Of a stretch of 57,837 nt of DNA, positions 20,506 through 31,034 are shown one piece after another. The DNA comes from an uncultured virus (IMG/VR IMGVR_UViG_3300044557_000566) (Duplodnaviria > Heunggongvirae > Uroviricota > Caudoviricetes). The translations under genes and the position numbers were made by a program. Every line of letters begins with the position of its first letter. Within the stretch, counting starts at the first letter, position 1. The notes beneath the pieces were generated by a model. That model was not told the DNA's origin and did no database searches. It saw nothing but the letters and a program-made list of their open reading frames with translations. The stretch lies in IMG/VR virus record IMGVR_UViG_3300044557_000566; one strand, given 5' to 3'.

Positions 20506-21849
20506 TCATACGATTGCCACAACAATATTTGATATGAGGAAGAACAACCCGAACAGTATGATCGGGATGCCAAAGATAAGCTTCATGATTCTCCCCACGC
20601 TCTTATTAGCCTGCTTGTCCCATGCGTCAAGGAATATGGACAAGTTGGGCTCATGACTCTCATGACGTAGTGGACGCGCTGCCCGTAGAACATCATCAGC
20701 TGCATTAGACAAGAACTCGTGCAGCTCCTTATACTCATTCATCATGTTCTTATCATTGACTGTCGTGATGCCCGTCCTCGCGTATGATACGTAAACCTTC
20801 GACCCTATGAAGTGAACCACACCACGGGCGTGTTCGAATCTTACAATCTCATCAAGCAGTGTTGGCGTTGCGGCCAGAAATCCTAGAGCGTCATCAGCCT
20901 CTTCCTCCGGAGTGTAAGCGTGGTTTTTCCTTGAGTTCGAGAATGCGTCAAGTTTGAGCTCCCTCGCACCTGGTATCTTCATACCATTTGATCCGAACGT
21001 GATCATAATATTCGGCACAGTATACGGCACGTTGAGCTCAGCGATGTTCACTGGCGCGCCACAGACCTCATTGATTCCTATTGGAACGTATCTTCCAGTC
21101 GTGTACCTATCATCGGGACCGTTATCCCGGTGATGCGTGAGGATCTCTAGCTTCCTGACCTCACTTCCATCCCAACGGTACATTGGCAACGATGATCCAT
21201 CCTCAGGGAGTCCACGGTCCCTATACCTGCCCTCATCAATCCTATCATTGATGTCCACGTCTCCATCCCATACCGGGATTGGTGTTCCCTCAAGAATTGC
21301 CCTCATGTACGTAGCACCACTCTTCGCGTTATAGAAAATGTTCTTCTCGTCATTCAGCATAGATGGACGCCAGAGCGTGAGGTACTGGCGGATGTATGCA
21401 TCCTCGCCCATATGGCCATGAATCCTCCACGTCACTATGGATCTCTTCATGAGCGCGTTCTTCGGATTCACGTACATGTCCGTATCATTATCATCTGTAC
21501 GCTCTGATGACTGGTAAGAGTAAGCTTTATTCTCACGAGCCCATGAGCTTATGACCTTATCCTGATCATTTATGACATTAGCAAGCTGCTCTACCGACCT
21601 CAGTGTCTCATCAACGGGGATAATCTTGAATTCACCACGATCTAAAGCCGTATCAGATCTAGTAGCGCTATTCCTATGCTGACTATGATCTCTGACCACT
21701 TGTTCACTACTGCCCAATGCATCACTTGGAAGTGGGAGGGATCCGCGTCGCGTTGATTCATCTCCTGATGGTTGAGTGAAGAATGATTCCATCCTGTCAT
21801 GATCTACTGGATCAGAGTGATTGACCCCATGCGTTCTCCTGATGGCCAT
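20506..21849 (-). CDS. Hypothetical protein with C-terminal TM anchor, partner of the second LemA
   Basis: 447-aa ORF whose start overlaps the lemA stop. Confidence 0.7.
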   Translation of the reverse strand: MAIRRTHGVNHSDPVDHDRMESFFTQPSGDESTRRGSLPLPSDALGSSEQVVRDHSQHRNSATRSDTALDRGEFKIIPVDETLRSVEQLANVINDQDKVISSWARENKAYSYQSSERTDDNDTDMYVNPKNALMKRSIVTWRIHGHMGEDAYIRQYLTLWRPSMLNDEKNIFYNAKSGATYMRAILEGTPIPVWDGDVDINDRIDEGRYRDRGLPEDGSSLPMYRWDGSEVRKLEILTHHRDNGPDDRYTTGRYVPIGINEVCGAPVNIAELNVPYTVPNIMITFGSNGMKIPGARELKLDAFSNSRKNHAYTPEEEADDALGFLAATPTLLDEIVRFEHARGVVHFIGSKVYVSYARTGITTVNDKNMMNEYKELHEFLSNAADDVLRAARPLRHESHEPNLSIFLDAWDKQANKSVGRIMKLIFGIPIILFGLFFLISNIVVAIV

Positions 21850-22397
21850 TAGAAGTGGACCTCCACGTTCTTCCTATCTGACTCCTCGGCCTCGAAGAGC
21901 TGCCTGACGCCAATGTGAGCAGTATTGGCCACAATATTAGACGGTATGGTCTGGACGGCCGTGTTAAGATCGTTAGCGGCTGCATTGTAGAGCCGACGGG
22001 ATGCTGAGATCTTATCCTCTGTGTCTGCAAGCTCTTCCTGCAGCTCTGTGAAACTCTCGGATGCCCTTAACTGCGGGTATGATTCTGCCACAGCAAGAAG
22101 TCTTCCAATCGCATGATCACTCTCGGCAAGTGCTGTGGATTTGTCTTGAAGCGTATCAGCATGGAGGAGTGACGCCCTGGCATCAGTGACAGATTTGAAT
22201 ACGGTGGACTCGTGGGTCGCGTATCCCCTCACAGACTCGACTAGGTTTGGTATGAGATCAGCTCTCCGCTTGAGCTGGACATCTATTCCTGATTCGGCTT
22301 CTGCAGCATTGTTCTTGAGCACCTGGAGCTTGTTGAAGTAGTGAATGTATCCAATAATGAGAACAGCAATAATGACTAACGCGATTATAATGGCCAT
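21849..22397 (-). CDS. lemA: LemA family protein (second, more canonical copy)
   Basis: IDVQLKRRADLIPNLVESVRGYATHE, AVAESYPQLRA and EDKISASRRLYN. Confidence 0.95.
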   Translation of the reverse strand: MAIIIALVIIAVLIIGYIHYFNKLQVLKNNAAEAESGIDVQLKRRADLIPNLVESVRGYATHESTVFKSVTDARASLLHADTLQDKSTALAESDHAIGRLLAVAESYPQLRASESFTELQEELADTEDKISASRRLYNAAANDLNTAVQTIPSNIVANTAHIGVRQLFEAEESDRKNVEVHF

Positions 22398-22699
22398 AAC
22401 GGTAAGATATGCATCTGTCTATTGATCTGACCGTAAGATTACTCGAAAGATCGATGAGAGCTGCCACAGACGTTACCTAGCCCAGTAATGCAAATTGATG
22501 GGGAGATCGGAAACAAACCAACTCATCGGCGTGCTGCTCGTCTCACCCCCGGTCATGCGTCGTCATGATTGGCATCATTAGCCGGCAATCTCCTGAGCCC
22601 CGTTCACCGCCTCTTCCAGACGGTAGATCGTAGAGGCCTCCAACTAATGTAAAAATGAACGAACTAATGTAACATAGCACTTCTTATGAACTACGGCGG

Positions 22700-22935
22700 A
22701 AATGAAGCTGTCGCAGCCCCACTCACTTTTGAATAAGACCGGCAACGATTGCGAGATCACCGCGGGGAAGCTCGCCTATTTGAAGAAGAAGGCGGCCAAG
22801 AAAGCTTGCCGAGGAATTGAACAGGAGGTCCAAGCTCGCTAGCACAGCACTCCATGACCTCGTGGATAAAAACGTCTTGGAATGGCATGACGCCAATAGT
22901 CGCGCGACCCGCGGCAGTACTACGCGATTAGTCAA
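22700..22935 (+). pseudogene. Frameshifted relic of a C-terminal winged-HTH, like those ending AlbA/HATPase_c_4 regulators
   Basis: LAEELNRRSKLASTALHDLVDKNVLEWH continues after a frameshift as SRDPRQYY (tcgcgcgacccgcggcagtactac); no intact start. Confidence 0.4.
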
Positions 22936-22980
22936 TGAGAACAGTCCACTCACACCGCACTTCCATGTAAGCATTGTAGT

Positions 22981-23337
22981 CTATAGATCAGGATCGTCCT
23001 CTGAATGGTCTTCCCTATGATTACCGTCATGGTTGAGGACTCCGGTCATGAGGATGATCTTAACCTTGAGCTTGTATCTTCTTCTTGATGACTCGGGCAG
23101 ATCGTCCCACGTCTTATTAGCGTCCTCGTTAGAGTATCCATCACCGATGAGATCCCTAAGGCCAATGCAGAAGAGTTGGAATCCCATGGCCTCAAGAGCG
23201 GGCTCATCTGCGTTCAGATCGCTAAGATCGAGATCCTCCAGCTGCTTGTCTGTCACCCTCAGGTAATCATAATCGTACTCTACCGGTCGATCGCGTTCAC
23301 CCACGAGGTGAAGCCTCTTCACAAGATTGGAAAACAT
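22981..23337 (-). CDS. Hypothetical protein
   Basis: 118-aa ORF coupled to thioredoxin. Confidence 0.6.
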   Translation of the reverse strand: MFSNLVKRLHLVGERDRPVEYDYDYLRVTDKQLEDLDLSDLNADEPALEAMGFQLFCIGLRDLIGDGYSNEDANKTWDDLPESSRRRYKLKVKIILMTGVLNHDGNHREDHSEDDPDL

Positions 23338-23343
23338 GATGTC

Positions 23344-23697
23344 CTACAAGTCCTCTTCTTTGATTGATTCTGCTTGTCGTATGAGATCTTCTAGATCACG
23401 CCTACTGACTGCCCCCGCCTGCCTGAACACGACCCTACCCTTCTTTAACAATAGTAGTGTTGGAACAGCCCTGATGTCCTCACGCTCTGAGATGTCAGCA
23501 TTCTTATCAACATCTATCCTAAGGAAGGTGACGTCAGGATGCTCATCACTGACAGCATCGAAGATCGGTCCGAAGATCAGGCATGGCCTACACCACGTAG
23601 CCCAGAAGTCAACGAGGATGAGGTCGTTGTTCTCTTCTTGAATGATTTCGTCAAGACTACTTGACGTTACGTCTCGAACGCTCATGAGCACCCCCAA
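23344..23697 (-). CDS. trxA: Thioredoxin
   Basis: LVDFWATWCRPC, IDVD and IRAVPT. Confidence 0.92.
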   Translation of the reverse strand: MGVLMSVRDVTSSSLDEIIQEENNDLILVDFWATWCRPCLIFGPIFDAVSDEHPDVTFLRIDVDKNADISEREDIRAVPTLLLLKKGRVVFRQAGAVSRRDLEDLIRQAESIKEEDL

Positions 23698-23890
23698 AAA
23701 AGAATCTTTATCCTTACTTAATCGGGATTAGGATATCAGAGATGATTCAAGCCTGCTCGATTCCACGCGACGCTCTCCGGCAAGTCCCCGGGGTGGGTGA
23801 GTATCGCGACCCGCGTTAGGGAGCCGCCGTTAGAATGGGATCGGTTTTAGCATTCCTACTAAGAACTTGTCTATATTAGGATGAGAATCA

Positions 23891-24703
23891 TCATGAGATC
23901 AATTGAATATTAACGATATCTTCGGGGTGAATCTCCCATATTGTCCCCTGGACGTACCCGTCAAGATGATCCGCATCCACGCGGTCACCCCGCCCAATCA
24001 CGCATCGCTTGAACGTGGCCGTTATGTCCTCACTGCTCATATCGTCAACATGATCATAATCATGATCATTGTCTAGTATAGGCCACTTATTCAGAACATT
24101 CCCCCACTTATCGAAGTCGGACAGCAGAATCTTGTCATCGGGAATGCTCAGCGTAATGAGATCCAGGCCATGGATCCACTCGCTGAACTCGTAGAGATCC
24201 TTGAGGTGGCGCGGAGACCAGTCCGTGATCTTGTATGCAGCGCGATCCTCAATAGAGCTTATCTTCCATCTCAACGCGTGGAACCAGTTCCGTGGCTTTA
24301 ACAATGCTCTCGACGTGTACTCGTCATCTGGCCACGTCACGTAAGCCCAGATTGGGACTATTCCATCGTTGTTCTCATGATGATCATGCCTAGACCCATT
24401 ACCGGGAGTAGGTCGGGGTACCCCCGCCTCATCCATCCAGTGCGACATATGATCATATGCGTCTGCGAACATCGTTGAGGAGTCCTCGCGATCTACGAGA
24501 ATATAGTCTGACCTGCTTCTCAGGGCGACGTACCGTCCATGCTGTCTGATGGCGTCCTGAACGACCCCGTGCTTCTGAAAGGTGTGAATGATCATAGATC
24601 TTATTTTACACGAATCGTTATGGAAATGCGTCTTTTCAAGGGGGTAGTCATCTGATTTGGGATCCGAGTTATATTCTGACTTCCTGCGCTTAATGTCTTT
24701 CAA
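23891..24703 (-). CDS. DUF3841-like protein (start probably internal, MIIHTFQ)
   Basis: HTFQ, AYDHM, PIWAY, ILLSDFDKW..VLN and QGTIWEI pattern. Confidence 0.7.
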   Translation of the reverse strand: MKDIKRRKSEYNSDPKSDDYPLEKTHFHNDSCKIRSMIIHTFQKHGVVQDAIRQHGRYVALRSRSDYILVDREDSSTMFADAYDHMSHWMDEAGVPRPTPGNGSRHDHHENNDGIVPIWAYVTWPDDEYTSRALLKPRNWFHALRWKISSIEDRAAYKITDWSPRHLKDLYEFSEWIHGLDLITLSIPDDKILLSDFDKWGNVLNKWPILDNDHDYDHVDDMSSEDITATFKRCVIGRGDRVDADHLDGYVQGTIWEIHPEDIVNIQLIS

Positions 24704-24896
24704 GCTGTCTATAACGTTGACGTGATAGAACTTCTTCCTAAGAGCCGGTTCACTATCAGAGTTAATCTCGTTGTCAAGTTCACTATCGTCAGAGCGATTG
24801 AACCCTCATCCTTCCAGGGAGATCCGTCCTTTACCAGCCAGCATGGAAGGTCTTCCCCCCTTCATGGTGAGATCGGAGTGCTCAGATGAGAACAAG

Positions 24897-25514
24897 CTAA
24901 TCCTCATTATCATGATTATCCTCAAGATGAGGCTCATCATCTTTGACTGGAGTGAGGGTTGACCCGTGCTGCCAATCAAAACTAGGCATGACATACTCAT
25001 CACTGTCATCATTGTCCGAGTCATATCCATACGTGTCATCAACATCTTCGTACGCGAACATCTGCTCGAATCCCTCCCCAATGCCGTCTGAGTTCTGACC
25101 GGAAATCCACTCTGTTAATTGGTGTTCTTCCTCGGGTGTAAGATCCCGATTCGTCTTTACTTCTACGTGACCCGACTGCTCGTCATCGAGGACCCACTTG
25201 ACCTTATCAATAGGGCCCTTCAGCTCATCATCAAGATACTGGGTCATGTCATCAGACTGAAAATAGTCATTAGCATCTTCCAAAGCTCCATCTTGAATAG
25301 GATCTACAAGATTGAACTTGGACACGTAATTAGGAAGATTGTCATTCCTCTTGCTCAACGGATTCCTAACTGATTGAGGCGACTGAGATACCTCTCTACT
25401 CTCAATCTTTCTTCCATCCTTACCACGCCAGTACCCTGACACGTTCACGCCGCCACGCTCGTAGGGCTCGACCCAAGTAGCCCCCTCCTCGGGTGGCTCT
25501 CCATGATCACTCAT
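24897..25514 (-). CDS. Acidic hypothetical protein with N-terminal VEPYERGGVNVSGYWR motif
   Basis: 205-aa ORF with AGAGGA RBS. Confidence 0.7.
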   Translation of the reverse strand: MSDHGEPPEEGATWVEPYERGGVNVSGYWRGKDGRKIESREVSQSPQSVRNPLSKRNDNLPNYVSKFNLVDPIQDGALEDANDYFQSDDMTQYLDDELKGPIDKVKWVLDDEQSGHVEVKTNRDLTPEEEHQLTEWISGQNSDGIGEGFEQMFAYEDVDDTYGYDSDNDDSDEYVMPSFDWQHGSTLTPVKDDEPHLEDNHDNED

Positions 25515-25600
25515 CTTTCCTCCTCTATAGTTACAAGCTAATTTTGTAATTACAGATAGAATCTATCACATCTTATTCGGAGGATGAACTGTAGGTTTCA

Positions 25601-26632
<1,032 letters not shown>

Positions 26633-26822
26633 TTATTACCTTATCTTTCTTTTAATAGAAAGATATATTCTAAACCCGTTTCTCATAGTACTGCTTGACC
26701 ATCAATCATCACATGAGCACCCCGATCGTCAGCACTCTGTTCTACTGAGACCACGGTTCCCAACCCCAGTGCGGTGGGGTGCTCGTTAGTGCACATTTGT
26801 GCACATCCCACAAGCAGGACAT

Positions 26823-26851
26823 GCAGGTTCAACCCCGCAACGCGAAGACTC
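26823..26851. repeat. Solitary degenerate CRISPR repeat
   Basis: gcaggttcaaccccgcaacgcg (26823-26844) matches 57438-57459 at 21 of 22 nt. Confidence 0.75.
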
Positions 26852-26927
26852 AAGGCAACACGCGCGCCATGAGAACAACAAGCTGCGTGTCTTGTGTTAT
26901 AATGAAATTGTTCTCAATCATATGTGA

Positions 26928-27242
26928 ATGGAGTTTACCGTGATTACACTGCTTACCGCAATCCAGGTCGTCCTCATCTCGGTATTGTCGGGATTGTCGA
27001 TCTTCCTCTTCCGTGGAACTAGGAATGCCATCAAGTTCCATGACGTGAGAGTGTCGATTGGAATTGGCGCGTTATTCACCATCACGTTCGCCGTCTTCGT
27101 CTTAGCCACCTCACGCATTCTGAGCAGCCAGTACGGATGGATCATTGTGCTCAGCGGATTAATTGTAGGATTCGTATTCTTCCTCTCCATGGTCTCAATT
27201 GTCCACGATTACCTCGTGAGTCATAAGATCATTGCTGAGTAA
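26928..27242 (+). CDS. Small membrane protein (3 TM)
   Basis: Hydrophobic 104-aa ORF after TGTTATAAT promoter (26895-26903). Confidence 0.65.
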   Translation: MEFTVITLLTAIQVVLISVLSGLSIFLFRGTRNAIKFHDVRVSIGIGALFTITFAVFVLATSRILSSQYGWIIVLSGLIVGFVFFLSMVSIVHDYLVSHKIIAE

Positions 27243-27281
27243 TCGTCTGCAATGATCTGAAAGGCCTCAAGCGGGAAAGGA

Positions 27282-27728
27282 TTGGATCTTATGAACATCG
27301 TTTTTGATCGAACACTCATCATATCAAGTGGAGATGATCATCCTCCCATTCCGGGGATTAGAATCATGTCCACAGGATCATTCATGGGCGTCCGTTACGT
27401 TATAGCAGAATCTCCGCTCACCGGGCCGCATAACCCGAATGGGTACGTTAGGCTACCTGACGGTCATCCGTGGAGTCATAAAGATCCATCTGATATTGAG
27501 GTTGACGTTCACGGGGGAATCACGTACGGCCCTGTGGAAGGATGGATAGGATTCGATACGGCTCATTGGAGTGACGATATGGGGGCTCTGGATCCTAGGA
27601 ATCATCATAATCCTATTGATGATTTGTTTCCTTATATCGGACCGGATCCATCCCTGAATCAATGGAATGAGGACAAAGTGAGAGATGAGGTTAAGCATCT
27701 CATCACGCAGATCGTCTATTACGAGTGA
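27282..27728 (+). CDS. Conserved phage-type hypothetical protein
   Basis: NGYVRLPDGHPW...VHGGITY...WIGFDTAH pattern seen in small phage proteins; start may be internal. Confidence 0.7.
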   Translation: MDLMNIVFDRTLIISSGDDHPPIPGIRIMSTGSFMGVRYVIAESPLTGPHNPNGYVRLPDGHPWSHKDPSDIEVDVHGGITYGPVEGWIGFDTAHWSDDMGALDPRNHHNPIDDLFPYIGPDPSLNQWNEDKVRDEVKHLITQIVYYE

Positions 27729-27817
27729 TCTTACTGTTAGCATGAATTCAGATTTGCTCAATCTGAATTGATATTTTATAGTCATTCCTTGGAAACTATA
27801 TAGGAGGGTTAGAAGAC

Positions 27818-28492
27818 ATGAGCAATCAACAGGAGGATAATGGAAGGGTCACCATCCTGATCGACTTTGATGGCGTGCTGAACGCTTTCCCTGACGATAA
27901 GTCCATGCGGAGGGGAGGATTCTCTGATACGGTGTCAAAATGGAGGGATGATAATCCGCGCAAGAAGCTCTACGCTCCAGACCATGCGTTCAAGCCCGCC
28001 AGGAAGGCCATCATCCACTTCGGAGACGCCAGGGCGAGGATAAGATGGTCCGGGGAGCTTGTCACCGAGCTGCTTGGATTAGACGCTGATTGGAGGTGGC
28101 TGTCCACATGGCAGCCGTTCATCGAGTCAGACGTGAACCCAGCGCTCGGCCTCAATGGTAATCCAAAGGTGACGAACGCTCAATGGTATCGTTACAGTCC
28201 GTTCGGATCTACTCCACTCCACGGTAAGGAAGACTACGTGGGCAAGTGGATTGTTGAGCATCCTGGAGATCCAGTGATCTGGGTTGATGATGAGGATGCT
28301 GACGCGCACGCGTGGAATAGGATCAAGCAGAGGTTCGGTGAAGACTATCCCATACTAGTGGTGAATCCTAACAGTGAGATTGGTATCAGTCGACCGCAAC
28401 TAGAACTCATGAAGAGCTTTACCATTAACCAAGATCCCGGGTTCACGAGTGAGGCTTGGCTCGACTGGGATGGAGCTCATCTGGGATTCTGA
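27818..28492 (+). CDS. HAD-superfamily phosphatase (RNA-repair-associated HAD-like)
   Basis: LIDFDGVLN (motif I), WLSTW, K and WVDD (motif IV). Confidence 0.75.
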   Translation: MSNQQEDNGRVTILIDFDGVLNAFPDDKSMRRGGFSDTVSKWRDDNPRKKLYAPDHAFKPARKAIIHFGDARARIRWSGELVTELLGLDADWRWLSTWQPFIESDVNPALGLNGNPKVTNAQWYRYSPFGSTPLHGKEDYVGKWIVEHPGDPVIWVDDEDADAHAWNRIKQRFGEDYPILVVNPNSEIGISRPQLELMKSFTINQDPGFTSEAWLDWDGAHLGF

Positions 28493-28532
28493 TAAGCATC
28501 ATTTCCGTAAGAACCTTAAAGGTAGGAATCAG

Positions 28533-29606
28533 CTACTCGCCAGCCTTTGACCCCCGAACTTGAAACTCACTGATGAACCTCTTCCACTGTCCCGTGCGAT
28601 CATCATACCTCACGCGATTACCATTAGACGTAATGAACTCCCCCGGCTTGTCAGAATCCTCACGCCATCCCCGCTGATCCATATCGGGATAGTACGATGA
28701 GGGCTTGCTGAGATCCATATGAGATCGCAATACTCTCACCCCGTTGACCTTCTCACGATTCCAATTGGAATCAATGAATGATGACGGGCGCTCGGACTGG
28801 TGATCTGATGGTATCTGGTTATGACTGCTGGTAAGATGCTCTAGCCGTAACGCCTTCTTGTAATCGTCAGCATTGATCCTAGCACTCTTCAATGAGTCCT
28901 TAATATAGTGATCATCGCTCTTAGATGCATCCATAATGATCTTCTTATAGACAAGATTAGCATGATCAATATCATCAGCAATCATTGATGCGTCATCACC
29001 GGTAAGTCCATGCTGCTCAACGTAATGCGACCCGCTCTCATAGAAGTCGGCGGATGAAGCCCACTGGACGATCTCCCGCTTCAACTGCGTTCTATCATCT
29101 TCCTCATCTTCTTCTACAGGAGCAGTTGTGTTGAAACGACCCCACACCTTCTTCATATTGTCTACTGATCCGAGACCATTCTCGCTATCCATGATCGTTT
29201 CGAGCTCACGTGGAGCTCCATTCTCTGACATGAATTTCCTATACTCTTCATTCATGCGTTGCTTTCCATGATCCGGGTCTTCTGGACTATATCCCATAGC
29301 TCGAAACTCATATGCCTTCTCAGCAAGATTCTGATAATCGTCCTCGGTTATCTTATGCCCTAATTCTGCCTTTTCCTGCAATGATCTCAACGAGACGCCG
29401 CCCCGCGCCTCCTGTGCGCATCTATTCCAAATCTCGGCGGACTCATAATCCGCGAAGTCGCGGTGAACCTCATCACCGCCAACCGGGCAAGCCCTCTTCT
29501 CCGCATGGCATGGTCTCATGTAAGCATGACCATTCCTATTCATAGACATATGACAGCGGATCAGATACCTCCTGAGATACATCTTCATTAAAGATTTACT
29601 TGACAA
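28533..29606 (-). CDS. Hypothetical protein with N-terminal CxA..CP..H motif
   Basis: MRPCHAEKRACPVGGDEVH; start probably ATG near 29588. Confidence 0.7.
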   Translation of the reverse strand: MSSKSLMKMYLRRYLIRCHMSMNRNGHAYMRPCHAEKRACPVGGDEVHRDFADYESAEIWNRCAQEARGGVSLRSLQEKAELGHKITEDDYQNLAEKAYEFRAMGYSPEDPDHGKQRMNEEYRKFMSENGAPRELETIMDSENGLGSVDNMKKVWGRFNTTAPVEEDEEDDRTQLKREIVQWASSADFYESGSHYVEQHGLTGDDASMIADDIDHANLVYKKIIMDASKSDDHYIKDSLKSARINADDYKKALRLEHLTSSHNQIPSDHQSERPSSFIDSNWNREKVNGVRVLRSHMDLSKPSSYYPDMDQRGWREDSDKPGEFITSNGNRVRYDDRTGQWKRFISEFQVRGSKAGE

Positions 29607-29683
29607 AATCTATCAATGGTAAGATATTTGTTCAGATTAGAAGAGATTTAATAGAACTGTTAACTATCATATACTTGATTCTT

Positions 29684-30433
29684 TTATCGTCGTGCGTGTC
29701 GGTACTCATCTGTACCCTGCATGATAGCCGTGAGCATGATGCCTGCAGCTCCAGCGATGGCTGCTGAGGACAGAGTCGACTTCCTCATGACCGCACTCTT
29801 CATCTCATTATTGAACTGTTCAGTCTTACTGGGATTCCCAGGTAGCTCGACGTTCTCAAGACCACCACTGGATGCCGTCAGGTATACTTTCCCATCATTT
29901 GACCTAACATGATAGACGATATCCTCAGTCCCGGTCTTTAGCCTGTTCTGGCTATGGACCGTGACCTTCTTACCGTCTGGGGGCTTAACCGTGTTCTCAT
30001 ACCCGGTCTTCTTCTGCTGGACGCGATGAGAGAATACTCTTCCCTTCATGATGATCGTGTGCTTAGCGGTCTCATTATAGGAAGACGGTGTAGACGCGGC
30101 TTGGACGATCTCAACTGGTTGACTGACCTCGGTAGTGTTGACTGCGTTCACGAGTGATCCACCCAGGAGACCAGCTACGGCAAGACCAACACCCGCAACG
30201 GCCATGGTCTTCAGACTGTAATTCTCCCCTACCGAGAATGATTTCTTAAGATCCTTCAACTTACTCAAGATTGGCTGGTGACGCCTGTAGTATCGTCTGG
30301 ACTCCTTCTCCGCGGCGATATACGCTAGGGCGAGATTATCATAATGCTTACTCTTGAATGGGCATTGACCCTTCTCCGCCCTGCACTCGCCAACGATTCC
30401 ATTAGGAGAAATGTGGTATAACGGTTTGTTCAT
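29684..30433 (-). CDS. Membrane protein with N-terminal CxA..CP..H motif
   Basis: YHISPNGIVGECRAEKGQCPFKSKH; two hydrophobic segments; AAGGA RBS. Confidence 0.75.
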   Translation of the reverse strand: MNKPLYHISPNGIVGECRAEKGQCPFKSKHYDNLALAYIAAEKESRRYYRRHQPILSKLKDLKKSFSVGENYSLKTMAVAGVGLAVAGLLGGSLVNAVNTTEVSQPVEIVQAASTPSSYNETAKHTIIMKGRVFSHRVQQKKTGYENTVKPPDGKKVTVHSQNRLKTGTEDIVYHVRSNDGKVYLTASSGGLENVELPGNPSKTEQFNNEMKSAVMRKSTLSSAAIAGAAGIMLTAIMQGTDEYRHARR

Positions 30434-30566
30434 ATCAGATCCTTAAGCTCCCATTCATCTAATATTCCACATGAGAATGGAATTACTAATTATTACGCAT
30501 TTGTGCATGTTAGTTAACTTTCACATACGATCTAACTATCTTTAGATTAGAGGAATGACCGTTAAT

Positions 30567-30959
30567 CTACTTAGTGTTCGGCTTGATCTTCGTGAGAGTA
30601 AGACTCATGATGAGGGATGCTACGTAATCCCTGATCTCGTTAGCGGTAGCATCAGTGTCCCCCAGTATCGTGGACAGCGTCCTCACGGCGACGGCCCTCA
30701 CGTCATCGCTATCATCAAGACCGAGATCGGACAGCGACCTCCGCCATCCTGTGGCCATGTTGAGCAGCTTGATCTTATCATTCCTTGACGCGGCCTTGCC
30801 CAACTGGGTGAGCCGTTTCCTCACCGAGTTCAGATAATCGTCCGTAAGAGACCCATCACCGTTATGATCTTCCGGCCTATCGTGGAAAAGATTGCTGTCA
30901 TTGTCTTCACTACTATCATCACTCATAAGCATAAGATATTCGTCTGCGAGCAGATCCAA
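30567..30959 (-). CDS. Hypothetical protein
   Basis: 130-aa ORF; start uncertain. Confidence 0.5.
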   Translation of the reverse strand: MDLLADEYLMLMSDDSSEDNDSNLFHDRPEDHNGDGSLTDDYLNSVRKRLTQLGKAASRNDKIKLLNMATGWRRSLSDLGLDDSDDVRAVAVRTLSTILGDTDATANEIRDYVASLIMSLTLTKIKPNTK

Positions 30960-31034
30960 TACTCAAGCATTTGTGATCAAACGAACTTGAGCTCACTGAT
31001 GAGCCCCTTCCATTGACCAGTACGATCATCGTCC

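Noticed and set aside
23750..23830. Possible tRNA (ctcgattcc resembles a T-loop)
   Set aside because: No cloverleaf stems could be built on either strand.
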